Counted from the stretch's first letter, positions 41,736-59,527 are shown. The stretch: DNA of 64,000 nt from Eledone cirrhosa (GCA_964016885.1 CAXHJY010001577.1:936-64935); one strand, 5' to 3'. Notes: generated by a model not told the origin, from the sequence alone. Numbers and translations are program-made.

Positions 41736-41945
41736 CTTGCAAGGTTTTTTATATGAAATCGTGTGTCGAAACAAATATTGTTATATTTGTGGAGGGTCAT
41801 ATTGTTATAATATTCCCAGAAATAATAACAGAACATACTCACTATTTGGTTTGGGTTGGTTTTCACTTCTGTATCTTTTATATCTCCATAGTTAATTTAT
41901 TTGACAATCAATGTTTATCATTGATTGACCAGCGCTTAAAAATAC

Positions 41946-41987
<42 letters not shown>

Positions 41988-42682
41988 GATCAAAGTTTTT
42001 TTCGTCGCACATCTGCAACATCATCAGTGGTACTATTATGTTTCCCCCCATTGTATTGTATTGTAATGTCTACGCCATTTTAATTTTATTTTAAATTAAA
42101 ATAAATCTGTGTTTATCTCTCTTTATTATATTGAATTATATTACACGGCTCGGAAAATGTTTTCCTTGAGTTATTTTAATGGTAAGGGACTTTACTGAGT
42201 TTCTAACTCAATATATACTTTGATAATTATGGCTCCTTGAATTTTGTAGAGCTTAATAATTATCCCGTGAACCAGGCCGCTATTTTTAGCAGTATACGTA
42301 TTTTACGAGAGACGCTAGGTTCTGGATGCCACGTGTATTATTCTAAACGCGCATTTCATCTAGTCTTCTCGGAAACTTAGAATGTGAAGGGTCAGCTAAT
42401 TTTTTTACATCCACTGAAGAGCAGAAGAATTGGTAAACAATTTTCTTGATGGGAAACAATTTTACCGAAGACTGTCTGGATGTTCGATAGTTATCACAAT
42501 CGATTTGTTTTTCTTAATTTTTCTTTTAATTGAGTCTGGCGGACCGTATTATTTATAGTTAATATACTTTTCACCCTAGCGAATCTGGTCCCCTATAATT
42601 TGAACACGGATGTGTTGATCTCTCTTTATTATATTGAATTATATATATATATATTTATATATATATATATATATATACATAT

Positions 42683-42986
42683 CAGTGGCGAAGGGTAACC
42701 TGGAAAGCAGGGCATGCAGTCCAATCGCCATGGCGGAAAGTGAGGCTGTGCAGCCTTACCTCCCACCCCGATTCCCTCTAAATGATCCTCCCGGTCAAAG
42801 CTGCATGTAGTGTTATCTAGTGTATGTGTGTGTGTGTGTATGTGTGTGTGTGTATGTGTGTGCGTGTGTGTGTTATCTTTTTTTGTGTCTATACGTTTTA
42901 GTAAGCAGCCAAAATTCTGCTTGCTTCAACCGACGCCATTGATCAACTCAAGATTCTATAACGCATGCACGGACCCTTCGCCCCTG
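42683..42986 (+). mobile_element. MITE with CAG(T/G)GGCGAAG TIRs (hAT-like)
   Basis: CAGTGGCGAAGGGT...ACCCTTCGCCCCTG; second copy at 56112-56462. Confidence 0.75.
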
Positions 42987-43168
42987 ATATATATATATAT
43001 ATATATATACATACAATGTCAATTAGATCCCTAAGGATTTTTGTACAAGTTGAAAACATGTTATGTATACATATATATAAATCTATATATACACATGTTC
43101 ATGCACACATACACGCACTCCCATATATATATATATACATACATATATATATATATATGTGTACATAC

Positions 43169-43233
<65 letters not shown>

Positions 43234-43404
43234 ATAACAAGGTATTGTTTAAGGTAATCCAACTAGAGGTTGTGAGTAATCTGTGTTGAGGAAAGTTTAA
43301 ACGTACGACGTTGTTTGACTCAACAAGAAGTTTCCTTAGTTAGGTGGCGAGTTAAAGAGAATTCTCATGCAGATGGTTCCTGGAGTAATAATAGTGAAAT
43401 AATA

Positions 43405-44020
43405 ACATGATGCAATCAAAACAGTGCAATCAAACTTTTTAGCGAAAAATATCTTACCTTCTCCAATAAAAAATATTATGTATCTTGCGAAATCAACAGA
43501 CTTTCAATAATGACCTTCGGTCTTTCACTCTCTCTCTCTGTCTCCCTCTCTGTCTCTCTCTCTGTCTCTCTCTCTCTATATATATATAAAAAAAAAAATA
43601 TATATATATAGTGAAATTATATAGAATAACATGGTCAGCTGTACAAAAGTGTTTATTTACAGTATTAATCAGGTGTGTCTAAAGGCAGCTGAACGCTAGA
43701 AATTACGTCACTCGACCTTAATTACAGTGTGTCTCTGATCAAATCATCGAAATATACAATGTCTAGCGATCACCGGCTTTTAGACTCACCTGATTAATGA
43801 AACAGTTGTTAATACTGTAAATAAAACCTTTTTCTACTCTACAGCCGACCCATGTTATTCTTTATAATTTCGATATATATATATATATATATATAGTGAG
43901 TGAGTGTGAAAGACCAAAGGCCATTATTGAAAGTCTCTGGATTTCGCAAGATACATAATATTTTTTATTGGATATTTTTCCGCAAAGAGAATTTGATTGC
44001 ACTATTTTGTTTTCAATTAT
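43405..44020. repeat. Nested inverted repeats (outer arms 43405-43530/43900-44020; inner family D arms 43612-43757/43765-43871)
   Basis: Reverse-complement matches by eye. Confidence 0.8.
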
Positions 44021-44483
44021 GTATTTTTTGAAAATGTTATTTATTCATTACAAAAATTGAATGATAGCATTCTATATGTAGGTATGTAGGTGAGCCCCCT
44101 TCATCTCCTGGCAACCAATATTTTTAGACCCAGTCCGCTACTGGCTGTATATATGAACTAATTGAATTTTTATATCTAGCGATATACAGTATCTTTATAA
44201 ATAAACATTTTGATAGCCTTCAACTATGAATTTGGAAACTGATGGTGTCCGCTATCGAGTGGATTCCAGCAGAAGCTAGGGATAGGTAACTAACGACAAT
44301 TACGTCATCGTTTCTGACTCCGCTCGAACTCAATATAGGCAAAATCATATAGTTCAGACCCATAGGAAAATGGGCTGATTATCCTCATTTGTATATAGAA
44401 CTATAGACTGGCTCGGTCGGAACATAAAATGAGCTAATTATATGGGAGTACATTATGCCAGCAGAAAGATTTATTATTTTTGT

Positions 44484-44663
44484 TGCGGTGGATTGGCAGT
44501 ATCGGTAAAAAGTCGGACACCATGCGTTGAAGTATAGAGTTACGTCCCTTTATGATCTGAGTTCAAATCCCCCCGAGGTTAACTTTGCCTTTCATCCTTA
44601 CGGGGTCGATAAAGTAATGTACTGGGTAATTGCTTGCCTTGTGCCTAAAATAGAAACAATTAT
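44484..44663 (+). mobile_element. SINE (OK-like)
   Basis: Homologous to the 18277 family. Confidence 0.8.
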
Positions 44664-45066
44664 TTTTGTTGCACGATCCAGTATTTTAAATGGTACTCTT
44701 AATTAAATCGAGCGAAACCATTTGGCTGGTTTGAGAGCTGCGAAAGGTGTAGATATGTGTATAAACTTGTCTTTTACATCACCTTTCTTTATCTATTTAT
44801 TCCAGTCACTTCTTTGCGCCAGCACACTTCTCCTTGTCTTACTCCTATTTCAATATTTTCTATATCTCATCTGCCTATCACCCATCTTGTAGATTGTTTC
44901 TCTGTTGACCACTGGCTGCTGTCCTCTGTAGCATTTTTGCCCAGCGCTGTCTTTAAGAGCATTTAGCTGTTTTAATGGTTGTTCTAGCGATTAGTTTTCT
45001 CATTTTTATATGTATTAAAATTCACTATCGCTTCTTCTCAATCAGACACATTGTTTTATATATATA

Positions 45067-45143
45067 CAGGTTCTCCCTTCAAAATATATACACACTTCGA
45101 CAGCATACTAATCAAATTGTGTATACATTTTTGGGACACCCTA
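45067..45143. mobile_element. Tiny Tc1/mariner-type MITE
   Basis: TA-CAGGTTCTCCC...GGGACACCCTA-TA imperfect TIRs. Confidence 0.55.
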
Positions 45144-45710
45144 TATATGTGTGTGTGTTTTTTGGGGGGGGGGATATTTCAATGTAGCAATATCCGTAGG
45201 TGTGAAAAAGAAAAAGGGAAACTGCTCAATCGGGAAGAGATCAGAAATATATTTATTTCAACAAATTGGACTGATTTTCAGCCATCTTACTTTCATTTAT
45301 TTACTTCCGTTATATCTTTTGTTGCTCTTTCTCTTTCCACACTTACATAATACAGTCCACTTTCGATACTACTCTACTCGATACCTTAATAAATATTACT
45401 ATCTCTATATTACATTCCACCATATGATACAATACTTCTGCTGTAGTATACGAACACAACTACGTGGTTGATCTCAAAATTCAAATTTACATTTTGAACT
45501 TATTTTCCATTGTTTTATAACATTTTTATTTTCGTAAAAATGTGTTCATGGCAAAATTTATTTTTAACGGTATCTCATAAATTTAAATGCCTGAAGAAAG
45601 GTCACACTCTTGAGGCCAATTGTTTTCTGGAGTTATGGTCAAATTGGGGCCTTGAAAACTTGAGTAGCACCCTTATTCCGTGTATGAACATAAATGATTT
45701 ATACTCGTAT

Positions 45711-45776
<66 letters not shown>

Positions 45777-46287
45777 TTAGATATTAACACGGATTTAAAT
45801 CATATCATTTAATTGTGTGACGATCGTTTCATTAAAATAACTGGAATATTCCATTCTTATTATAATAATTTCATCAGAATCGATTAAATACAAATAATAT
45901 TTACCATTATATGTCCATAAACGTATCACAGATTTCCTAAAAGTATAAACAATTTAAATAATATTTGTTAATAGTTATTGTTGTTCGATTGGTTATTGAT
46001 TAGGCGAAACTCGCTGATGAAGTCACACATTCGCCAATTGTGCATTGTTGCATAATAAATGCAGACAGTGGGTGTTGTGTACTCACTTGCTGCATTAAGT
46101 GTAGCCGGAACTCGAGTACTCATTTACGTGTATTGTATTGAAGCAAATAACTTATTGTCTACTCTGGGATTTTTACATAACCTTTACATAACCTTACGTA
46201 TTGTGTAAGCTGAGATGCAACTGGTATCAGCAGTGGAACGTATGCTAGTCCCGTCAACTAATTATTATATATATATAATAATAATAA

Positions 46288-46500
46288 TAATTGTTTCTAC
46301 TTTCTGGCACAAGGCCAGCAATTATCCCAATGTATTTCTGGTACTTTATTTTATCGACCTCGGTGGGATTTGAACTCAGATCATAAAGGGCCGTAACTCT
46401 TTGCTGCGATATATATATAATAATAATAATAATAATAATTGTTTCTACTTTTGACACAAGGCCATCAGTTACCCAGTGATATTACTGGTACTTTATTTTA
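46288..46500 (-). mobile_element. Two truncated SINE copies with (AAT)n tails
   Basis: AATTGTTTCTACTTT...ACAAGGCCA occurs twice. Confidence 0.75.
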
Positions 46501-47642
46501 ATAATAATAATAATAATAATAATTAGTTGACGTGACTAGCATATATATATATGCTCCGTCGGATTGTAAAACTACCATCATTGAATTAAATTCTGAACTG
46601 TCTCTCATATATCTTGAGAAGGATTGCAAAATCACATTGAGTTTTAATATGTTTTGCCTTTATAAGGTTGTATTTTCAACTCATCTAAATTATATATATC
46701 ATCATCATCATCGTTTAACATCCATCTTCCACCTCTGTGTGTGTGTAGTTCGACGTGGAGAAAAATATGGTAAAATAAAGACGGTGATAGGAGGGTAAAT
46801 GAGTAATATGTTAGTAATTAGAAAGATAATGTATGTCAAACCCCTTCTTGAGTGTGGTGAACAGCTTATATATTGGATGACTGGTGTGTTTAGAAAATAT
46901 ATGGGCGGGAATATTGTAACAGTGTGGTATGAGTGACTGTAAGTATAGAGTATTTCTAAGGAGGATCTTTCACATTTAACTGTGCAAGTTGTAGGTATGG
47001 GAAATGGTTTTTCCATAAAGAGAACATTTTCTTAAACGTAAGTAGATTCTGAAAAATCTTTTAAAGTTGAAGTATTCTTTAGATAATTTTAAACACAAAC
47101 AATGGTTCTACATCAACAGGCATTACAATTTGTTGTATTTCAAATGTTTATCATAATCCCATGGTAAATTCCCATATCATGAATTATATCACTTTCAATT
47201 AACAATATGTCATGCATATAGCATTTTTTTCAATAATTCTCGTTAAATTAAGTACCAAGTCACACCACTCTTATAATTAGAGAAAGTATGACCAATATAT
47301 TGCCAACTCTGAAATATTACCTTAGCAAAAACCAAATTCATCATCTCCTTAACATGAACACAATGAAGGTGTGAATAAAATTATTTAGAAATCATTACAT
47401 AAGACTATTTTGTTATTCAAAGATAACGGACATAACTTTTACAAAATATAGTGTTCCATCTTTTACTTTCATAATTTAATTACTATTGTTTCCATAAAGG
47501 AAAACAACAATGAGTTCTGTACCTACATTCATACATAATGATGACTGACAATAATACACTAGTACTTTAATGCAGCATACTAGCAGAAAAATAAATCTGT
47601 ATTTCTAGTATTCAGCAGCTTTTAAATAATATTATATATATA

Positions 47643-47727
<85 letters not shown>

Positions 47728-47759
47728 AGAGAGGAGGGGGGAAGAGAGGGTGTATGTGC

Positions 47760-49029
47760 ATGTCATTATCATAATTTTATATCTGCTTTTCTATGCTTCC
47801 AAGAATTGGATATGTCTTTTCTTGTACAACCTCCCACTAGCCATTGCATTCCTTTATCTCTCTGTGAGGTTCACTGTTTTGTGATCCCCTTTCGCTAATT
47901 CTACCCAACTTTTTCCTGGACTTTACTGCAGCTTCCTTTTTCCAGCATCTCTTAGCACATATTCACCCAAAGGTTATCATCCTCAGGCATCACATATCAA
48001 TACCAGCCCTGGTTTCTCTTTTGCATACTGCATCTGATTTCTTTTTATACCCATTAACATCACACATCGATTGTAGCATACTTGCTTCATTTCTCTCCAG
48101 CCTTCATATATCCTTAGCATTCACAGTCTATGCCTCACCACTGGGCTTGCTGTAAGAGCTACCCTTTTGTTTAAAGAGAGAAACATTTTAATGTCAACAG
48201 GGGTAGTATCTCCCTAAACCATTTCCATCTTGTTCTAATTCTAGCTTCTATATTATCAAAATAGCAATTTCCACTGTTAATTAGATCACCTACATAAAAG
48301 GAACATATGCGAAATTGGAAAAATTCATTTCGCTGGTGTTCTTACTACCAACTAATTATGTGCATCAATCACATAGAAAGTCTGCATTTCTGTTAATTTG
48401 CCTGCTATCCCATTACACTTCTTGTGTAGCTGTTCCATTTTTACTTATTAAAGATGATCACTTCCCTAATGATACCAGTGATTTGTCTTCTTTTCTATTT
48501 TGCAAAGTTTACTATAAGCCTTTTTTTTAACCCTAAGATGTATTTCTAGAGCAGGTTTTTCTTTTCTAACTCTTCCATCGATTCTGCTTTAAGAATAAGG
48601 TCACCAGTATTCAGAAAGAATTTAATACACTGCAGTTGGCTAAGGAAAGTATCTTGATAAACATTTAATAGAGAACTGAAATCCTCACTAAACTCATTGT
48701 CAAATCTTACCATATCGATTGCAGCTCTGTATCTGAAATGCGCTGTTCTCAGAAGCCACACATCTACACTCAGTTCCCGTAATACCCATTAGATATCAGA
48801 TCATGGTTATCTATCATTGGCCTTATCCAGTTCAACACAAATTAGATATGGTTGCTTTGAATTAGCTTGGATTTTCACTTGTAGTTTTCTCACTAAGAAG
48901 AGAATTTCTATGGTGTTTTCATTCACGGAGCAAAATTTAAATGCATCACCAAGTGTGAATTTTTTCCTTAATTCTTTCTGTTGCTTTCATAACTTTATCA
49001 ATCAGTGGTATGCCTGTATAGCTGCTGCT

Positions 49030-49030
<1 letters not shown>
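47760..49030 (-). pseudogene. Degenerate RTE-type LINE RT and 3' end
   Basis: Decayed FLVRKLQ...VELDKA.DR, GDLILKAESMEELEKK motifs on the minus strand. Confidence 0.7.
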
Positions 49031-49075
<45 letters not shown>

Positions 49076-49158
49076 CGTTATTCTGGGTTGAATCGGAGGT
49101 AACCACAGTAAGTAAGGTACTCAATACATTGCAGAGTATAAAAGTTTTAATATAGATG

Positions 49159-49209
49159 AGATTCTACAGGACTAGAACTGTTTCATTCTTTAGAAATCAT
49201 CAGGAATCT
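49159..49209 (-). ncRNA. Hammerhead family I (single copy)
   Basis: AGATTC-CTGATGA-TTTCTAAAGAAT-GAAA-CAG TTCTAGTC CTG-TA-GAATCT. Confidence 0.85.
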
Positions 49210-49795
49210 GGGTATCAAAAAATAAATATGGTATTTATAGGTCTCTACAAGTGGTAGGAGAGGGTGGGGAGTGGGATGGGTGTAGGTCATTGGTTGATAG
49301 AAAAGGGAATTCATTAAAAGCTAATTCTACAAAGCTATAGTTTATTTTTATTTTTATTTATATTTATTTATGTTTTTAGAGTAACAAAGGCAGACAGAAT
49401 TCTATAAACAGGTTCCGGATGGCATACCATTCCTTGTCATTAAGTTTCTCTTAAGCTAACAGATGTCTATAAGATCAGTGGGGGGGGGGGTCAGTCATGG
49501 TAGATAGAATTAAAGGAAAGGGAGATTCTTTAAAAGCTAAATTCATTAAGGTTCTACTAAGTGACAAAGGTTTAGAGAATTCTGTAGACAGATTCAAAAT
49601 ACTGAGTGCATATCTTACAATTATCTTCGAACTTCTCTTAAACTAATCAACTATATGCCAAAAGTCAACAGACACATTCACAAAAAAATACACTCACTCA
49701 CACACTCGCGCGCAACCATAAACACACATACACATACACATATACACACATAAAAACACACACACATATATAAATATATCTAGATACACACATAT

Positions 49796-49866
<71 letters not shown>

Positions 49867-49987
49867 CACACACACACACACACACTCATATATACACATA
49901 TAAATACACTCACACACATACATACATACACACAAATATACATGTGTATACATATACAAATATATACACATATATATATATATATAT

Positions 49988-50039
<52 letters not shown>

Positions 50040-50185
50040 TTGTGTGTATGTGTGTGTATATGTATATATATGTATATGTGTGTGTGTATATATATGTATT
50101 TTATATATATATATATATATGTGTATATATATATATATATCTATGTGTATATGTTTGTATATGTATACACATGTATATTTGTGTG

Positions 50186-50224
<39 letters not shown>

Positions 50225-50430
50225 ATAAATACTTTATCCTGCAATGTTGCAGAGTCGAATCCTTTGTAAATTGATACCTTCCCTCCAGCTATCCGTTTCC
50301 CAAGTATTCTCATGTGTCAATATCTATCTTGACAGATTTTTGTTTGTGTTATCTTTCCAAACTTTTCTCGTCCTTCCACCACGTCTTCTTCCATATATCT
50401 CATACATACATATATCCATACATACACACA

Positions 50431-50471
<41 letters not shown>

Positions 50472-50473
<2 letters not shown>

Positions 50474-50728
50474 TAAAAAACGAAAAATCAGTGATGCATC
50501 TGGACTCAGTTTATCAGTTTATTGCGTATTACAATTGTTTCGCCGACAGGTAGGGACATGATCACTGTATGGATCTGGCTGATTCTACGGCTGCAGGTTC
50601 CTTCGGACACGGGTAATTCGTTCGGAGCAAATTTTCTCACTACCTGTCTCGAGCTACCTGCCGGCGAAACAATGGTAACACGCAATAAACTGAGTCCATA
50701 TGCATCACTGATTTTTTGTTTTTTTATA
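50472..50728. repeat. Inverted-repeat element with degenerate HHR-like motif; related to 41400-41545
   Basis: Arms AAAATCAGTGATGCAT...CAGGTAG / CTACCTG...ATGCATCACTGATTTT; GAAACAATTGTA motif. Confidence 0.7.
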
Positions 50729-50816
50729 CCATCCACCCTCTGCTCTGTATGAATATTTAGTGCTAATTTTGGCATACCGCCTATGGAAGCACCATAGCTA
50801 CCATTATACACACGTA

Positions 50817-51040
50817 TATATATATATATATATATATAACGGAGGAGTTGTGGTAAGGAACCAGATGGACCATAACGCACCAGAGTACTCAATACTTAGG
50901 GTAGTAGAGGGGGTAATAGGAGAAAGTATGACCCCGACGGCAGAGCTCAAGCCGTATCGACGGCTATTTCTGGAAATTTCAGTCCAGAAATAGCCGTCGA
51001 AACGGCTTGAACTCTGCCGTCGGGGTCATACATTCTCCTA
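50817..51040. repeat. Dispersed element with ~55-bp hairpin; related to 41567-41687
   Basis: TAGGAGAA..ATGACCCCGACGGCAGAG...TCTGG / CCAGA...CTCTGCCGTCGGGGTCAT..TTCTCCTA. Confidence 0.8.
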
Positions 51041-51058
51041 TATATATATATAGTAATA

Positions 51059-51089
<31 letters not shown>

Positions 51090-51716
51090 TTATTTGTATA
51101 CACGCACACACACGCGCACACATATTTATATGTGCCTGTATTTGTATACCTATGGCGAGTGTGTTCGCGTATGCTTGTGTATGTACGTATATGGATGCGT
51201 GTATGTATTTATTTAATTTCAATTGCCTCTGTATTTTATTTACTTTATTTTAACTCTGAAGCCGAGAATCATTCGCTTTCCTAGTTAGAATTTTAGTCTA
51301 CGACTTCAGTTATACCATTTACGTGGTTTTGTCTTTGCGTGCAATTGTTCTCCACGCTCAACATATGACGGATTATCTTCGTTTTTCCGTTCATTGCCAG
51401 AGAACGTCTCAATGAACCACCTAAGAGAATATTAGTCTACGACTTCGTTTATACCATAAACGTGGTTTTGTCTTTGCGTGTAATTGTTTTTCACCGCTCC
51501 AAATAATGACGTATTATATTCGTTTTTCTCCCGTTCTTTGCCAGGGAACGTTTCCACGAACCAAAGTATCGTCTTCCTGTCTTCCTCTGGTTGCAACGTT
51601 TTTTTGAAATATTCAGTTCTGCGTTCACAGATTGACTTTGTTAGTTTCAGAAGATCCCGTAAGTGTGGAGGCAGCGATTCTTTGCTTAAACTTTAATCTG
51701 TTATTTTAATAAATAA

Positions 51717-51764
<48 letters not shown>

Positions 51765-52120
51765 TAACCAAGGTGATATTTACCAAAAAGAAGAACAATT
51801 CAACATCATGGATACCATCTTTTTGGTAAATATCATCTTGGTTAAGAGAGTGGGACTGGCTTTGTGCAGTGCCTTTGCTCACTATAAAAGCTTCACGGCA
51901 CAGGCATTGCTTTATATCTGGAGATCTCCCTGCACTTGTCATCACATGGTACCATGGGCCCAGCACTATGTGTCAGTAATTGTCACAAGTGTAGTGTTTG
52001 TACCAGTGTTTTCAAGTCGCTGGCTGGACTAAAAAGTCACAATCGTTCAGCGCATCGGTAGGGGTTCTCCTACATGGATATAAAGTAGTGGCCGTACTCG
52101 AAAACGAGTTGGCAGCCACC

Positions 52121-52156
<36 letters not shown>

Positions 52157-52800
52157 TTGTGTATGTATATGTATGTATGTATATATGTATGTATGCCGGG
52201 TCACACTTGACTGCTACTGGTAACATGTAACCCAGTACAACATGTCGGATGGTCGAGTCGTCGGTGACTAAACTGGCAACCCCACAAAGGTTACTTGATT
52301 TTGGACACCCTGCAGGACAAAAAATAAAACCTGACAAAGGGCGGAAGAACTCATAAGAGTCAACGGCCATCCAAAGGTGTGTAAATATGTATATGCACAT
52401 ATGTATGTATATGTGTATATACATGGGTGCATGTGTATGTACATATGCGCGGGGACAGAAAAAGTCGGGCTGGACACCCGATTGCGCAGTTAAACCACTG
52501 GGAGTGACAGATCCTAGCCTTCTAGGAGAAGGCAACTCAGGAAACTGGGATTACTCCGATATAAAACCTGTGGCTCAGTAGTTTCCGATGATGTTGATCT
52601 TTTCTTCTTTTCAGGTTATAGCTACTGTCGCTCAGAGAGTGGGATTGGCTCAGTGCACAGTCTTTCCTCACTTTAAAACATATCTTCACGCACAGGCATT
52701 GTACAATAGAATTAATTAATATTTATTAATAATGGTGTATCGTGCAAATGGCCATACTCGATAACGAGGGGGCAGCCATCATATATATATATGTATGTAT

Positions 52801-52838
<38 letters not shown>

Positions 52839-52875
52839 ATATATATGTATATATATATATATGTATATATATGTG

Positions 52876-52906
<31 letters not shown>

Positions 52907-52945
52907 GTATATATGTATATATATATGTATATATGTATATATATG

Positions 52946-53012
<67 letters not shown>

Positions 53013-53135
53013 ATATATATGTATATATATATATATATGTATGTATGAATGTATATATATATGTATATATATATATATGTATGTATGAATGTATATATAT
53101 ATGTATATATATATATATATATATATGTATGAATG

Positions 53136-53171
<36 letters not shown>

Positions 53172-53183
53172 TATGTATGAATG

Positions 53184-53256
<73 letters not shown>

Positions 53257-53265
53257 GTATGAATG

Positions 53266-53307
<42 letters not shown>

Positions 53308-53329
53308 TATGTATGAACTTCAAACACTC

Positions 53330-53650
53330 GTATATGAAAAAAACAACCTGTGCCCCCCCCCCCCTGTTTGAAGAACTTTGTAACGCGAACTGGCGCGAAG
53401 TTTATAATTATTGACCAACCAATCAAATTACTTTTCTAAAAACCTGGCATTTCGAGCCACTTTTTTCCATATAAAACAAGTAACATTTAGAGACCAACCA
53501 GATATGAGAAAAACCACAGACCCTCCATCTCAACTCTACTCTTGAAAAGCAGAAGAACTGCGAAACCGGTAAAGGAACCAAATAAATATATATATATTTT
53601 TTTAAATAAGACTCCAGTTGCATTTTCGAATTCATCTTTGTTTCTTTATA
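53330..53650 (+). mobile_element. Family E element (HHR core at 53542, weakened stem I)
   Basis: TTGAAAAGCAGAAGAACTGCGAAACCGGTA; homologous to 15366-15513. Confidence 0.78.
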
Positions 53651-53652
53651 TG

Positions 53653-53728
<76 letters not shown>

Positions 53729-53729
53729 T

Positions 53730-53822
<93 letters not shown>

Positions 53823-53825
<3 letters not shown>

Positions 53826-54060
53826 TAGAAAGTGAGGTTTTTTTTACAAAATGAAAAATAACCGAGGTGTCCTACACGAGTGAAAGTATGAAGAAAAAGA
53901 GATGAAATCGAAAATGCAACTGGAGTCTTATTTTTTTTTAAAATATATATATATATTTGGTTCCTTTACCGGTTTCGCAGTTCTTCTGCTTTTCAAATGG
54001 TGAGTTAAGATGGAGGGTCTGTGGTTTTTGAAAAACCACAGACCCTCCATCTCAACTCAC
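53823..54060 (-). mobile_element. Family E element, antisense, with short inverted tail
   Basis: Reverse complement of 15370-15580. Confidence 0.78.
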
Positions 54061-54062
54061 TC

Positions 54063-56097
<2,035 letters not shown>

Positions 56098-56111
56098 ATA
56101 TAGGTATATAT

Positions 56112-56462
56112 CAGTGGCGAAGCGTAACCTGGAAAGCAGGGCATGCAGTCCAGTCGCCATGGTGGTAAGTGGGGCTGTGCTGACTTACCCTGCCTCCACC
56201 AATTCCCTCTAAATGACCCTCCTGGTCAAAGCCGCATGTGCTATCTAGTGTGTGTGTGTGTGTGTTATCTTATGTGTCTACGGTTTAGCAAGCAGCTAAA
56301 ATTCTGCTTGCTTGAACGCGCGCTGACGTGTGTTTGTGTGTATGTGTGTGTGTGTTGTCTTTTTATGCGTCTACGATTTAGCAAGCAGCCAAAATTATGC
56401 TTGCTTCAACTGACGCAATTGATCAACTCAAGATTCTATAACGCATGCACACTTCGCCCCTG
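56112..56462 (+). mobile_element. MITE, second copy of the 42683 family
   Basis: CAGTGGCGAAG...CTTCGCCCCTG. Confidence 0.75.
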
Positions 56463-56515
<53 letters not shown>

Positions 56516-56519
<4 letters not shown>

Positions 56520-57630
56520 CAGAGTTATCCGGCGTTACCCGGTATAACTCTCAATGGAATAGTCGTACAAATAAACCGAAAGACTTCCCTTAAACACGAC
56601 TATAGAAGTAACAATTTATAGGTGTTGCCCCTACAGTGGGCCTTTGAACGTTTACTTTGAAATATCTCTGCCGCGGTGCTGCTATCAAAGACGAATCCGA
56701 TGGTATCAATTTAAAGTTGGTGTCCCTAAAGAGAATTTTGGATCGTTCACTCTTAAAAGTCCCATCCGGCAGAGCTGTCAGCATAACGACTCCGATTAGA
56801 GGTGGTGGTCCTTAAGAAGTCCTTAACACCACTTTGGTGTATCGTATTTGCTTTGCTTGTTATTTGAGATTGTAACCTAGAGAAGCATGTAACAGTCGGT
56901 GGCCACAAAAACGACCTTGGCAAGATCACGCTGGAATGTAAAAAAAATGTGTAAATAAGATGTAGGGAAAAGTAGATTAATTCGGTTAAAACTACGACAC
57001 ATCGACAGCAAAATGTAATAGCAACATATAAATGCGGAAAACGGAGACATTGAACATTTATAACGTACATCCTGTAAGTATTGTTTCCTCAATAACATGC
57101 GGATTCGCCTTTTGGACGACCAGACGCGTGCCGTTGGAAAGTCTTCGGGGTTCCAAATTCCTGAGGAGCATGACAGGGGCACCTTTCTTAAGTTGCAGTA
57201 AGTGTGGTGGCAATCCGGGAGGGTCTAGGGAGTTAAGGAATTCTGTGGTGTAATTAACAACTTCGTCAGGCTCATCCATAGAGTCTAGGGACTTGTAGGC
57301 GTGCAGATTTCCAAGCAAGCACACAACCACTCTTGATTTGTGTAGTTCTCCTCAAGATTAGGAAAAACAGACGTCCATAACTCAGCAAATGACTTAACGT
57401 ATCTGCAAATCCTCGTAAGGTCCGCTGCACGATCTCCGTCGAGTGGAATTTGCCATCTCCCAACGACAATATGGCAGCAGCAAAACCCGCTGATGTCTAA
57501 TCACCTTGCAGTTGTGCTCTCATGTTTCTTGTAAGCGTCAGCTTTCTTACATAACGCCAAAGTGGGGAGGCCTTAAGGCATGTACCAACCGCATCAGCCC
57601 GCGTACCTTTTGGGATTACAGGCAGAGGCG
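56516..57630 (-). mobile_element. Helitron 3' remnant
   Basis: TEFLNSLDPPGLPPHLLQLKKGAPVMLLRNL...NGTR; 3' hairpin CCGGGTAACGCCGG then CTAA. Confidence 0.82.
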
Positions 57631-57952
57631 TATAGAGAGTGTAAATGCGTTAGGCATATATATATGCCTAACGCATTTGCACTCTCTATACGCTTGCATA
57701 TGTACTGCTAATGTCCTCGTTTTACGAGTAACTTTCTACCTTAATGCCTCTTTAATTATTATACTATTCTCTTGTAATCTCTGCCACATGCATTCCACTC
57801 TGTGCCTCTTTAATCATTATATAATTCTCTTGTAATCTCTGTCACATCCATTCCACTCTGTAAATATGAAACTCTTGATGACAACATTAATACCCATGTT
57901 ATATGATTGTTCAGTTGAATAGTAATTTAATTATATGTCCAAACTTTGCTAG

Positions 57953-57999
57953 TGCTCCGATGATTCCAAACGAAAGCTTGGAAGAAACGATTATCAGCA
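57953..57999 (+). ncRNA. Hammerhead-like motif, U4C core, imperfect stem III
   Basis: TGCT-CCGATGA-TTCCAA...TTGGAA-GAAA-CGATTA-TC-AGCA. Confidence 0.55.
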
Positions 58000-58191
58000 A
58001 TAAAATGTTTTGAACATAATTTTGATTATTGTGTAATTTATATTCCTGCTCTGTAAAAACATCTGATGGATTTACATTGAGCTATTTTTCTTACTAGTAA
58101 TAAGGTAGTAAGGAATTACTGACCTTTCCTGTTTATAGTTGTATATAGTGTATATATAACTATAAATAATATTATTATTATTATATATATG

Positions 58192-59248
<1,057 letters not shown>

Positions 59249-59249
59249 T

Positions 59250-59525
59250 GCGTAGGCATACAATACAACAGGAGGAAACATAATAGCATCACTGACGATG
59301 TTGCAGATGTGCAACGAAAGAATTTGTTAGACTATACATATATGTGTTTGTGTCTATATTATATCTGTATTGTTGACCGTTGGTCAGTCAATGGTAACAT
59401 TGAGGACCGAATAAATTAAATGAACCGATATAAAAGACACAGAAGCGAAAACCAACCAAACAGTGAGTGTGTTCTGTTATTAATTCTGGCAATATTATTA
59501 CACAAATATAACAAGTATAACAATA
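59250..59525 (+). repeat. Dispersed repeat with degenerate HHR (59288-59328); antisense relative at 41780-42075
   Basis: CTGACGA-TGTTGC AGATGT GCAAC-GAAA; stems I and III decayed. Confidence 0.55.
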
Positions 59526-59527
59526 TA

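Noticed and set aside
46005-46040. CTGATGA near GCGAAAC
   Set aside because: No consistent three-stem pairing found
52200-52700. Possible RTE 5' UTR with HDV-like ribozyme
   Set aside because: Resemblance only; nested pseudoknot could not be established by eye
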